Virus record (IMG/VR): IMGVR_UViG_3300018080_006015
Coordinates: 32,001-96,000 of that record
Source: a virus
Strand: one strand, 5' to 3'
Length of the DNA stretch: 64,000 nucleotides
A program made the translations under genes and the position numbers. The notes under the pieces were generated by a model that was not told where the DNA came from, ran no database searches, and saw nothing but the letters and a program-made list of their open reading frames with translations. Positions 1 to 9,366 of the stretch are shown here, piece after piece (the stretch's first letter is position 1; each line of letters opens with the position of its first letter).

Positions 1-942
1 TGATAATACGAATTTAAAGTAAAGCTTTTCAATAAAAGATGCAGAATTGTATAATTGTTCGTCTAGGAACAGAATCTTACCACCTTTTTTTGTAACTCTT
101 ACCATTTCCTCTAAAGCAACTTTTGTATTAGCACAACTATTAATTGCGCCATAATTTGTAACGATATCAAATGTTTCAGACTCAAAAGGGAGCTTATGGG
201 CGTCAGCTAACAAAAGGGTTACAGGAACATGTTGTTGATTCATGATTTTTTGTCCCTTAGTTAACATTTGTTTAGAAAGATCAACTCCTGTATATTCTGC
301 ATTCAAATTCATCCATCCATGACGAAACAGTGAATTACATGTACCTGTTGCGATGTCTAGCATTTTAAGCTTTGTTGTGGAATTTTGATATTCTTTTTGA
401 AATTCTGAGTGTATTTGTGTAAATGTTTTGGTTGGTTTGTATTGGTGTTTGAATAGTGATATTTTGGTTGGAATAGCTAAAACTAATAAGTAAAATATGT
501 ATTTGTGTTTATATAAAATGTATGATGTGCTTATTAATAATATTCCTACAAAAATATCTGTTATAGATACGCAATGTTGTGAATAAACAAGCCAACAAAT
601 TGAATATCCAACTACAAGCATCAAATATAATACAATAAAAAAATATGCTAACCAGTATTTAATTGATATTTTAATTGGTCTGACCGGAAGGCTTAAAAAT
701 GGCATGAAAAAATTATAAAATCTTCCAAAAAGATTGTTATAAAAAGAATCCATAAGATGTTTATCGTCATTTCTTATTTTCGATTTAATTGAAAAATCTG
801 GAATTCCATTTGTACAAACATATTGTTGTTTACAGTGTTTACATTCCCAATATGTTTTGTGTTTTAAGAATTTTGGGTTTTTACATGTTAAGCATATTAT
901 CGGTGATGTTTTGTTTGTGTTTTTATTGTTATTTTTCGTCAT
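1..942 (-). CDS. Class I SAM-dependent methyltransferase (UbiE/Methyltransf_11-like) with N-terminal Zn-ribbon and an inserted hydrophobic hairpin; 3' end is off the window
   Basis: Not in the ORF track; hand-translated from ATG at 942: MTKNNNKNTNKTSPIICLTCKNPKFLKHKTYWECKHCKQQYVCTNGIPDF..., hydrophobic YWLAYFFIVLYLMLVVGYSICWLV, then MLDIATGT (motif I), GVDLSKQML, ADAHKLPFESETFDIV, LEEMVRVTKKGG. No stop before position 1. Confidence 0.8.
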   Translation of the reverse strand, partial: MTKNNNKNTNKTSPIICLTCKNPKFLKHKTYWECKHCKQQYVCTNGIPDFSIKSKIRNDDKHLMDSFYNNLFGRFYNFFMPFLSLPVRPIKISIKYWLAYFFIVLYLMLVVGYSICWLVYSQHCVSITDIFVGILLISTSYILYKHKYIFYLLVLAIPTKISLFKHQYKPTKTFTQIHSEFQKEYQNSTTKLKMLDIATGTCNSLFRHGWMNLNAEYTGVDLSKQMLTKGQKIMNQQHVPVTLLLADAHKLPFESETFDIVTNYGAINSCANTKVALEEMVRVTKKGGKILFLDEQLYNSASFIEKLYFKFVLS

Positions 943-971
943 TTTTCTTACCAGTCTAATTTATATAATTA

Positions 972-1901
972 TTATTTTGAAATCGCATAACCAAAACCAG
1001 ATTGTCCAAAACCGTTTCCATTATAAAACATATATTTTAGACCATTATATGAAATTACATATGGATATGCCATCATTGAAGAATCCCAATTAGCATCAGA
1101 AACAGAAAAATTAATTTGATCGTCTTTTCTAATCCATTTTTTTCCATTGATAGATTCTGCATAGCCAATTTTATAGCTGTTTTGTAATGTGCTACGATAA
1201 TGTGTGATATTGCGAAAAGAATACCACATTTTATATAATTTATTTTCTTTGATTATTGAGGCGCGAACAATGCCCCCTTCTTTATTGGATTTATAATCAA
1301 TTGCAACGTTGTTATTGCGTTGCCAGTTTATTCCATCATTTGATTCTGCGTATTTTATGTGATAATATGGTTCTGGTTTATTGTTTATCATTTTCCATTT
1401 TGTACATGACATATACCAGTTTTTCCATACATCATTCTCAATCATTACCCATGATGTTCCAGTAAAATGAGGCTCGGTGTGTGTTGTTCCAAATATTGGG
1501 CCATTAGAATATCTTTCGAAGGATTTTCCGCCGTTATAGCTTATGGCCAATCCTATAGAGTTATGATATGGTACTGTTTTTCTTGTTGTCCACCCGGTAT
1601 AATATAGGTATTTTTTGTTTCCATTAGATATTACGCATGATGGCATAACGCCACTGTCATCAAACGTTCCTAATTCGCCAAGATCCAGTACCGGTTTGTG
1701 ATGTTCATATAGTATATTTTGTGGATTTCCGGCTTCTACATCTATAAAGCTTATTCTGCTTTTACCTAAGGCATCTCTTGTAGAAAAATATATTCTCCAA
1801 CGATTTTTTGATATACTATCTATTGTAGGTAGCTGTGCATGTGTCTGATTCCATCGATATTTACCAGATACATTATATATATGGTCTATTTTTTGCCACA
1901 T
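972..1901 (-). CDS. Five-bladed beta-propeller glycosidase-like protein (GH32/43/130 clan-like)
   Basis: Repeated blade motifs (GTFDDSGVMPSCVI, YLYYTGW, IGLAISYNGGKSF, IKYAESNDGINW, IGYAESINGKKW, MFYNGNGFGQSGFGYA); this family is common in bacterial surface-polysaccharide clusters. Confidence 0.7.
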   Translation of the reverse strand: MWQKIDHIYNVSGKYRWNQTHAQLPTIDSISKNRWRIYFSTRDALGKSRISFIDVEAGNPQNILYEHHKPVLDLGELGTFDDSGVMPSCVISNGNKKYLYYTGWTTRKTVPYHNSIGLAISYNGGKSFERYSNGPIFGTTHTEPHFTGTSWVMIENDVWKNWYMSCTKWKMINNKPEPYYHIKYAESNDGINWQRNNNVAIDYKSNKEGGIVRASIIKENKLYKMWYSFRNITHYRSTLQNSYKIGYAESINGKKWIRKDDQINFSVSDANWDSSMMAYPYVISYNGLKYMFYNGNGFGQSGFGYAISK

Positions 1902-2473
1902 TGTTTAGATTTGTTTTTATGTGGAAATGGATTTTTTGTTGGAACTTCTTTGTTTAAGAAATGATAAAAATCAATCCATGAATTATCTTTGCTTACGTCT
2001 AATATAAAAAAATTGTGATGATTTTCAAAATATTGGATTATCATATTATTTCTACATTTGTAAATTTCGGTATAATATGAATCATTTTTAGGAAAATAGT
2101 TATGACCAAAAATTTTATTATGAAATAAAAAGTAACCAGTATGTATTTTAGGCTTTAATACATTAATTACCATTTTTTTTAATGATAATAACCAATCATT
2201 TTGATCGCGAATGGTTAGTATAAATTTGCTATTTGGAAATTCTTTATTAAGATGGATAAAAAAATCATTTGCCGCCCATGGAATATCTTCGAATGATTGG
2301 TATTGGTTGGCAATTTTGAATAGTTTGTCATATTGATTATTAATCCAATATGGCATTAGTTTATTGGAGTTTTTCCAATGACCTTTTAGGTGTTTATATC
2401 CTAAGTTTTTAAGGGCAAATCCTAAAGAAGATGTTCCTGTTTTTGGCCACCCTATTCCAAATATTTTTTTCAT
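1886..2473 (-). CDS. Sulfotransferase (Sulfotransfer_4-like)
   Basis: N-terminal 5'-PSB loop KIFGIGWPKTGTSSL, plus FEDIPW and SKFILTIRD..DWLLS. Confidence 0.8.
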   Translation of the reverse strand: MKKIFGIGWPKTGTSSLGFALKNLGYKHLKGHWKNSNKLMPYWINNQYDKLFKIANQYQSFEDIPWAANDFFIHLNKEFPNSKFILTIRDQNDWLLSLKKMVINVLKPKIHTGYFLFHNKIFGHNYFPKNDSYYTEIYKCRNNMIIQYFENHHNFFILDVSKDNSWIDFYHFLNKEVPTKNPFPHKNKSKQCGKK

Positions 2474-2488
2474 AATTATATATAAATA

Positions 2489-3166
2489 TTAGAAATCAAT
2501 ATCTTTGCTCAATAAAGGCTCATCATTTTTATTCGTGGCATGTTTTGCTGGCGCACCTTTGTATATGTGCCATGGGTTTGTGTCTTTGGTAATTAATGCC
2601 CCCATAGCAATAAGCGATCCTTCTCCAATTTTTGCGCCATCTCTAATTGTTGCGTTTACTCCGAAAAATGAGTTTGCACCTACGTCACAATGTCCAGAAA
2701 GTACAACATGAGATGTGAAGAATACATTGTGGTCAATTTTGCTGTGGTGACCAATATGATTTCCGCTCCAAAAAACACAATTATTGCCAATTTCTACAAA
2801 TGGTTGTATTGTATTGTCTTCAAGGATAAAATTGTTGTCGCCTATTTTGTCGGTTAGAACTGTGGCGTGAGAACTGATATAATTAACAAACGTATATCCC
2901 TTATTTTTGCCCTGGTCGTAAATTGATTCTCGCAAACGATTTATTGATCTATGTGATAATGGTGCGAACAGACAATATTCGTCCGTACTGTAATGTTTTT
3001 CTATATCTTCGAATGGCACAACAGGTAAGCCTTCAAATACCGCATTGTCTGGCATGTACTCTTTAGACACTGTAAATGCAACGACCTCATGTTTGCTATC
3101 GGTTCTTAAATAATAATGAGCCAAAGATGCAAAATCTAAAACTCCAAAAATTATAACTTTAGCCAT
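2489..3166 (-). CDS. Hexapeptide-repeat sugar O/N-acetyltransferase (NeuD/PglD family)
   Basis: VIIFGV N-terminal domain followed by left-handed beta-helix repeats (IGDNNF, IGNNCV, HIGHHSKI, VGANSFFGVNATI, IGEGSLIAMGA), ending GAPAK. Confidence 0.88.
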   Translation of the reverse strand: MAKVIIFGVLDFASLAHYYLRTDSKHEVVAFTVSKEYMPDNAVFEGLPVVPFEDIEKHYSTDEYCLFAPLSHRSINRLRESIYDQGKNKGYTFVNYISSHATVLTDKIGDNNFILEDNTIQPFVEIGNNCVFWSGNHIGHHSKIDHNVFFTSHVVLSGHCDVGANSFFGVNATIRDGAKIGEGSLIAMGALITKDTNPWHIYKGAPAKHATNKNDEPLLSKDIDF

Positions 3167-3181
3167 ATTTAATAGTCTCCA

Positions 3182-3805
3182 TTATTTGTAAATATATGTT
3201 GTATATTCATATAACCCATAGTCTTGTCTAAATGTGAAATTTTTCGATATATTATTTCTCAAAAAATTCGCCAATTTATCAAACGGCAAATGGAAAAGAT
3301 CTTCTCTAGTCCAATCAACATGATGAGACATGAAATTTACGGATAATCCAATTTTGGAATGATTAAATATTTTATTAATCATATTTTTCGTATAATCAAA
3401 CATTTCGGTGAAGGTTAGGTTTTGTTTTTCTGTAAATACCCCATTTGCGATAATGTAATCAAATTTTGGCAGTTGCAATTTGTTTTTCAAGATATCGTAG
3501 CAATAATATGTGTTTTGTGGGTATTTTTGTTTTGATTTGTTGATGAATTTTCTCGAAATATCTAGTCCAGAATATTTTATATTTCGATATTTTTGGACTT
3601 TTATGTAATCATACAAATGAGACAGTCCGCATCCAAAATCCAATAACGTTAAATTATCATTTTTATTTTTAATAACGTCTAGCATAATGCTATGTCTTAT
3701 TTGTGCATCATCAGCATTTGGCCAGTCAACACCTTTTGGTGAATCTCCGTATTTTTCAAAGCAAGCTTCATAGTGTGATACTATATTTAAATATTTTTTC
3801 GTCAT
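3182..3805 (-). CDS. Class I SAM-dependent methyltransferase
   Basis: LLDFGCGLS motif I, YSGLDIS, FDYIIANGVF, C-terminal DYGLYEYTTYIYK typical of a glycan-cluster methyltransferase family. Confidence 0.85.
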   Translation of the reverse strand: MTKKYLNIVSHYEACFEKYGDSPKGVDWPNADDAQIRHSIMLDVIKNKNDNLTLLDFGCGLSHLYDYIKVQKYRNIKYSGLDISRKFINKSKQKYPQNTYYCYDILKNKLQLPKFDYIIANGVFTEKQNLTFTEMFDYTKNMINKIFNHSKIGLSVNFMSHHVDWTREDLFHLPFDKLANFLRNNISKNFTFRQDYGLYEYTTYIYK

Positions 3806-3810
3806 TTTAA

Positions 3811-3840
3811 ATATATGTATTTAACCGCGAAAGTCTCGAC
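3811..3840 (-). promoter_or_regulatory. Candidate promoter GTCGAG-N17-CATATAT, 5 nt upstream of the ATG at 3805
   Basis: Reverse complement reads gtcgag-actttcgcggttaaata-catatat-ttaaa-ATG; same motif and spacing as 13921-13950. Confidence 0.4.
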
Positions 3841-3916
3841 AAAGATTATTTTTGCTTGTTGTCTTGTGTTATTATTGCATTTAAAGAGGGACTATAAAGC
3901 CGAACTTGGTAACAAT

Positions 3917-4849
3917 ATGACAAAATCAAATAACATACAGAAAGTTCCTATTGCCAAAGGTTCTGGGCTTATGGTGTATAATCCCTCTATTGAGTACTTT
4001 ATAGAAAAAATAGCGGGACGTAAATATTTTTCTTTTGTTAGATTTCAGGTTGAATTTTGGTGTACAGCAAGGATAGCATTACAATTTATGGGGTATCGAG
4101 GTTGGGCATATCCAAATTCTATTGATATCACACCGGAATTTATTAAAACATGGTCTCAAAACATGATTCGAGCATGGGAGGAAAAGCAAAGTTATAAGCG
4201 CCCATGGGTATTTAAGTCAGAAATATTTGAAGAACAATTAAATATGATTGTTAATCCAAAGCCAAATAATTTTAAATTGGCGGTAAGTGATCGGGCATGG
4301 TTTTTTGGTAAATTCCCACCACCACCAGGAAATTGGCCGTGGTCTCCCAGAATGGTAAAGAAAATGATACCGAGTGGTGAAATACCATTTAATGCGATAT
4401 GTTGGAGGCGCTGGGGCTATTTTGGAGAGATTCAAAAATTTTTTAATACTTTCAAAGATAAACGTATTGTGATAGTTGGCCCTTATTATTTTGATAATTT
4501 TGGTGAAAAACTTGGTTTGAAAAATTATACACATATTAAGATAAGTCATACAAACGCAAGTGAGTATGTGTACGATTACTTAGAGGAAATAAAGAAGTTT
4601 CATAATAGCATATCGCCAAGTGATGATGTTATATATTTTTTTAGTGGAGGATCTCCTGGTATATGGTTAATACAACAACTACATAATAAATTGCATAACG
4701 CTTTTATGATTGATATTGGTCGGGCATTTGATGTTTATTATTTTTACGACACAATAAGAAAGGGCGATGCTGCGTGGAAATGGGGTTGTTGGTTGGAGAG
4801 AAATCCTCCTAAATGGATTAAGAACAAACTTAGTAATGTAATAAGATAA
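3917..4849 (+). CDS. Putative GT-D-fold-like glycosyltransferase
   Basis: FSFVRF near the N-terminus, KRIVIVGP, and C-terminal IDIGRAFD resemble GT-D/DUF1792-type motifs. Start moved from 3815 to ATG 3917 because the upstream part overlaps the divergent promoter region. Confidence 0.45.
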   Translation: MTKSNNIQKVPIAKGSGLMVYNPSIEYFIEKIAGRKYFSFVRFQVEFWCTARIALQFMGYRGWAYPNSIDITPEFIKTWSQNMIRAWEEKQSYKRPWVFKSEIFEEQLNMIVNPKPNNFKLAVSDRAWFFGKFPPPPGNWPWSPRMVKKMIPSGEIPFNAICWRRWGYFGEIQKFFNTFKDKRIVIVGPYYFDNFGEKLGLKNYTHIKISHTNASEYVYDYLEEIKKFHNSISPSDDVIYFFSGGSPGIWLIQQLHNKLHNAFMIDIGRAFDVYYFYDTIRKGDAAWKWGCWLERNPPKWIKNKLSNVIR

Positions 4850-4861
4850 TTATAGGTAAAT

Positions 4862-5611
4862 ATGGACTTTATTGTATTGACATATGACGACAGGCTGTCT
4901 TTTACGGAATTAATGATAAGATCGTATTTGGATTTTTTTCCGAAATTTGATATTACATTTAATATTCCATACAATAATGACGAAACATTAAGAAAAATAA
5001 AATTATTGCCAGGAAATATTACCCCAATAAAATGTAAAAAAGAGATGAAACCCACCATGTCTGCTTTATTGGGTAGTATACCAGATAATAAATTTGTTTA
5101 TTGGTGTAGTGATGATCGTTATGTGGCAAGTTTTAAAGATGCACAGCGTTTTCGAAAAATCTCTAAAACATTATCTAACAATGCGTCGGTCAATTTAGAC
5201 GCAGTAAGAACGCTAACTATTCCGGCGCAACACAGGCGAAATGTTAAGATTAAATTAGATAAAAACTTAGTATTGTTTAAGTTTTCAGATTCTGTTGTTC
5301 ATGGGTTTTGGAATCATCACTTTATTAGATGTAAGTGGCTGAAAGATATTTTTATTAATAATAATTTGCCTGAAAATTATGAGTTAAGGGATTTACATAA
5401 GTTGATGGGTAACAGAAATAAACAATATAATCATAGAATATATACTGTTGGATCTTCAATATGTGTGTTTGGTGAAACTACATATCATGACAAAATGACA
5501 ATAAATTGTAGAAAAGCAATGAACAAATATGGCATACAGATACCAGAATATCCTTCAGATAATATAAAAATCTTTTTTGATGGAAGACCTAGACTTACTC
5601 GTGTAAAATGA
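4862..5611 (+). CDS. Putative GT-A-like glycosyltransferase / hypothetical protein
   Basis: N-terminal IVLTYD beta-strand and FVYWCSDD DxD-like motif; sits inside the glycan cluster. Confidence 0.4.
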   Translation: MDFIVLTYDDRLSFTELMIRSYLDFFPKFDITFNIPYNNDETLRKIKLLPGNITPIKCKKEMKPTMSALLGSIPDNKFVYWCSDDRYVASFKDAQRFRKISKTLSNNASVNLDAVRTLTIPAQHRRNVKIKLDKNLVLFKFSDSVVHGFWNHHFIRCKWLKDIFINNNLPENYELRDLHKLMGNRNKQYNHRIYTVGSSICVFGETTYHDKMTINCRKAMNKYGIQIPEYPSDNIKIFFDGRPRLTRVK

Positions 5612-5622
5612 TTGGAAATGAT

Positions 5623-5650
5623 GTCAAAAAAAATATTTAAGCAGATATAT
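5623..5650 (+). promoter_or_regulatory. Candidate promoter GTCAAA-N15-GATATAT
   Basis: Intergenic, ends 9 nt upstream of ATG 5660; resembles motifs at 3811-3840(-), 13921 and 27502. Confidence 0.3.
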
Positions 5651-5659
5651 TAGAAAGAT

Positions 5660-6316
5660 ATGAACTCATCTTATGATCCGCGAATGGAACAATATCCCTT
5701 ATTAATTAGTTATCCGCGAAGCGGTAGTAATTGGCTTAATTGCACCTTAGAACTTTACTATAATAAACCTCGTTTAAGGGGTGATGGTCCTGTTACATTT
5801 TTGAAAAATCGAAGAAAAAGAACGGATTATATGTGGTTTCATGACCATGATATTTTTTCGGACCTTAAAGTTGGTCATGATAACATATTATATTTGTATA
5901 GAAACCCAGATGATGTTATTTATTCGCTTTTAATGGCGGAAAATGGGCACACTACTCAGAAATTAGTAGACGATCAAATATTTAGGTTGAAAAAACATTT
6001 TAGAAAGTATATTTTGAACGGAGTCGCTACGGAATGTGTTAGATATGAGTCTTTAAAAAATATGAAATATAAAGAGTTTGATAAAATAATAAAGTTTTTT
6101 AATAAAATCGATGTTTTGAATAAAGGTAAACTAAATAGTGCTATTAAAATAGTAAAAAAGGGACAAATAATTAATAAGGAAGTTGATAAAAGATATTTTA
6201 ATAAAAACATGCTGTCGAGTTCATATGAGGTTGGCCGTAAAAAATTTAAGGATCAATATTCATCATATATCTATGCAAATTTAATTACAAAAGAGTTGAG
6301 TGATTATTTTGTATAA
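5660..6316 (+). CDS. Sulfotransferase
   Basis: LISYPRSGSNW (5'-PSB), YLYRNPDDVIYS (3'-PB), VRYESL. Confidence 0.85.
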   Translation: MNSSYDPRMEQYPLLISYPRSGSNWLNCTLELYYNKPRLRGDGPVTFLKNRRKRTDYMWFHDHDIFSDLKVGHDNILYLYRNPDDVIYSLLMAENGHTTQKLVDDQIFRLKKHFRKYILNGVATECVRYESLKNMKYKEFDKIIKFFNKIDVLNKGKLNSAIKIVKKGQIINKEVDKRYFNKNMLSSSYEVGRKKFKDQYSSYIYANLITKELSDYFV

Positions 6317-6334
6317 TTCTTAATATTTATTAGT

Positions 6335-7102
6335 ATGGATAAAAAACAAATTGTTACAATTTTTCAAACTTATGGAAGTATAAGTATAGTAAAGCAAACT
6401 CTTCCATCGGTTATTGAAGAAACTAAAAAAAATGATGCGGCGTTGATTGTTTTTGATTCTACCGAAATTAAAGATGGCAGAAAAGAGAAATGGCAATATT
6501 TGCAAAATTTAAATGTAAATGACGATTTTTTCTTAATATTATCTTCAAATTTGTCAGTTGCAGATTCTAGAAACACTTGTATGTTTTTAGCGCAGAAGTT
6601 ATATGTTCCAGATTATATTTGTATAATGGATGATGATCATGGTTTTAAGTCGGGTTTCATAGCAAAATTAATAGATGCTATGCAGAAATATTATGGAAAA
6701 ATTGCCCCAAATGGTCTTCGTTTTGGTTTGTTTACCGGATGTGGCGAACATAGGCACGGCCCAAGATTAAATATGAAAGATGGACATACATGTCCAGATC
6801 CTACATGTAAGCCAGGCGCTCTTGGTGGAACAAATGGTTGTTTCAGATGTGCTCCAACTTCCCATTGGAACAATGTGTTAAATGGATATGAATCAGACGA
6901 ATATTTAATATCATATTATCAAACAAGTAGTATAAGTAGAAGAAATTACCACAAAGGATTTACCACTTTAATTGTAAAAAATGGTAGTAAAATGTTTTGT
7001 ATTAATTATTCTGGCAGAGGTGGCTCCGCACCTAAGGGCAAAATGTTGTGGGATGATAAATATACCGCTAGTGATAGGCGCTCAAAATATAGGAAACGTT
7101 AA
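6335..7102 (+). CDS. GT2-like glycosyltransferase
   Basis: LIVFDST, NLSVADSRN, YICIMDDD (DxD) motifs in GT-A order. Confidence 0.65.
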   Translation: MDKKQIVTIFQTYGSISIVKQTLPSVIEETKKNDAALIVFDSTEIKDGRKEKWQYLQNLNVNDDFFLILSSNLSVADSRNTCMFLAQKLYVPDYICIMDDDHGFKSGFIAKLIDAMQKYYGKIAPNGLRFGLFTGCGEHRHGPRLNMKDGHTCPDPTCKPGALGGTNGCFRCAPTSHWNNVLNGYESDEYLISYYQTSSISRRNYHKGFTTLIVKNGSKMFCINYSGRGGSAPKGKMLWDDKYTASDRRSKYRKR

Positions 7103-7106
7103 ATTT

Positions 7107-7775
7107 ATGATGAAAAAAAAGAAACAAAAAATAAGAGAAAGGAAAACTTATTTATTGTCGTTTCCCAGATCGGGAAATACGTGGGTACGATATTGTATTG
7201 CGCATATTATTAATCCAATAGTAGCTGGTTCGCGCCAAAAAACTGTAGATTTAAGTGGTAGTGATAAGGTTTTATTAAAGGTTCATCATATAAATAATGA
7301 TAGGGCTCAAAAAACTAAAAAATCTCATAAATTGATACTGCTGGTTAGAAATCCGTATGAAGCTATTGTTAGAACTATGAATAAAAAGAATATAGGACTA
7401 ACAAAAAGACGTTCCCGCAAATATTTTAATTGTTTGGAAATGTATAATGACTGGGAGGCTGATAAAATATTAATATATTATGAAGACTTAATTTTGAATC
7501 CTAAAAAAACTTTAAAAAAAATATTGAAATTTCTAAACATATCTTCTAGAAATTTGGATGATTTTATATCTTCGTATGAGTTTCATCAAAAAAGAAGCCT
7601 CAAATATTACCACAAAGTAGCTGAACGTGGCCGTACAGAGGGTGACGCAAACAAACTAAATTATCATAGTAAACTAACACACAAAGATAATTTATCTGAA
7701 GTGAAAAGATTAGTAAATTGTGAATATAAAGATTTGTCCATAAAGTACTTAAAGCGATATATGAATAGTGTCTAA
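7107..7775 (+). CDS. Sulfotransferase
   Basis: LLSFPRSGNTW, LLVRNPYEAIV, IYYEDLILNP. Start set at ATG 7107, just after the upstream stop. Confidence 0.85.
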   Translation: MMKKKKQKIRERKTYLLSFPRSGNTWVRYCIAHIINPIVAGSRQKTVDLSGSDKVLLKVHHINNDRAQKTKKSHKLILLVRNPYEAIVRTMNKKNIGLTKRRSRKYFNCLEMYNDWEADKILIYYEDLILNPKKTLKKILKFLNISSRNLDDFISSYEFHQKRSLKYYHKVAERGRTEGDANKLNYHSKLTHKDNLSEVKRLVNCEYKDLSIKYLKRYMNSV

Positions 7776-7784
7776 GGCAAATAA

Positions 7785-8444
7785 ATGCCAAAAAATAACA
7801 ATATAATGATTAATATATACGACATACTTAAAGATATTGTGTTTGAAAATCCAATTGTGTTTGAGATTGGTGTGCACAAAGGTCAAGATACCAAAAAATT
7901 ATTGGATGTATTTAAAAATGTAAATTATTATGGTTTTGAGTGTGATCCGCGCAATATAGCAAATATTAAAACAAATTCGGTATACGATAAGATTACTCTA
8001 GTAGAATTCGCCGTTAGCAATAAGAATGGTGTTGCAGATTTCTATATGTCTAATGGTACTCCACAAACGCATTCCATAAATAATACGGCTTCGTCTTCTT
8101 TACATGAGCCAACTGGACATTTAGAACGATGGAAGTGGGTTACATTTGAAAGGCCAATACAAGTAAACACATGTACATTAGATACGTTTTGTCAAGAAAA
8201 TAACATAGACCATATTGATTTTATTTGGGCAGACGTACAGGGTGGTGAATATAATATGATCCTGGGTGCTCAAAATATTTTAAAATTTACACGATATTTG
8301 TATACAGAATATTCAAATGTTGAGCTTTATAAAGATCAAAAACCATTAAATGATTTGTTGAAAATATTGCCTGGGAATTGGAGCGTTGTTAAAGATTTTA
8401 GGTCAGATGTGTTTTTGAAAAATATTGACCTATACTGCAAGTGA
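7785..8444 (+). CDS. FkbM-family O-methyltransferase
   Basis: VFEIGVHKG, YGFECDP, AVSNKNG, TLDTFC, IDFIWADVQGGE, LYTEY. Confidence 0.9.
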   Translation: MPKNNNIMINIYDILKDIVFENPIVFEIGVHKGQDTKKLLDVFKNVNYYGFECDPRNIANIKTNSVYDKITLVEFAVSNKNGVADFYMSNGTPQTHSINNTASSSLHEPTGHLERWKWVTFERPIQVNTCTLDTFCQENNIDHIDFIWADVQGGEYNMILGAQNILKFTRYLYTEYSNVELYKDQKPLNDLLKILPGNWSVVKDFRSDVFLKNIDLYCK

Positions 8445-8598
8445 TAAATGAGCAAAATATAGAAAAAAAATAAGTGGGCCGATGGTTAACATATATGATG
8501 TTACAGATAATTGCATTCTTATAAGTTTTTTTGTGTTATATTTATTGGTGTGTTTTGACTTTGTGGGGTTATTTGTTTTATAATTTGGTGGTGTTTTT

Positions 8599-9354
8599 AT
8601 GAAAAAATTTATTATTATGTCACCTGTGCGGTCAGGATCTTCATTGTTGAGAAAAATGTGTCATGAGCCGCCATATAGTCACTTTTTGTTTCAGCCATTT
8701 AATTTGAACCAGCTGAGAAAGTTAGGTATTAATAAGTCACTTAAAGTAGTGCAAAACAGAATGGATAATCCATCCAGATTTTTAAATTTTCTATTTTCTA
8801 AATATCATAACGAGTCTGTTGGGGCAAAAGTTATCATTACCAGTAAGGCAAACCATACGTTGGAAAATATATGTAGAAACAAAAACTTTAAAATTATTTT
8901 ATTATATAGAAAAAATTTAAGCGAATCATTTGTTTCTAGAGAATTAGCAAGAACAACTGGACGATGGGGATTACAATCTGGTGATCCTCTACCTAAAATA
9001 AAAAACACATTGCATTTTAATTATCAGGGCATTGAGAAATTTTCCAACAAAGTGTTTAGAAAATTGTCCGCATGTAAGCGCATTTTAGATGACAGATTTA
9101 CAGATGATTATTTGGTTTTATCGTATGAGGATCTCGTAGACAAGAATTTAAAAATTGATATGAAAAATATAAATATTGTTAGGGAATTTGTGGGAATTTC
9201 TAAATTAAGACAATATAATCCGACATCGCAAAAACAAAATGATGAAAAAACTTATTCTATGATTGAGAATAGGCAAGAATTAGATGAAAAATGTGGCAAG
9301 ATGTATGGGTATTTAGGACAAAGATCTGAACCATTAATTTGGAAAGATTTTTAA
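8599..9354 (+). CDS. Sulfotransferase (Stf0/NodH-like)
   Basis: FIIMSPVRSGSSLL, IILLYRKNLSESFVS..LA..TGRW, LSYEDL, KQN. Confidence 0.8.
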   Translation: MKKFIIMSPVRSGSSLLRKMCHEPPYSHFLFQPFNLNQLRKLGINKSLKVVQNRMDNPSRFLNFLFSKYHNESVGAKVIITSKANHTLENICRNKNFKIILLYRKNLSESFVSRELARTTGRWGLQSGDPLPKIKNTLHFNYQGIEKFSNKVFRKLSACKRILDDRFTDDYLVLSYEDLVDKNLKIDMKNINIVREFVGISKLRQYNPTSQKQNDEKTYSMIENRQELDEKCGKMYGYLGQRSEPLIWKDF

Positions 9355-9366
9355 AGGAGAAAACAA

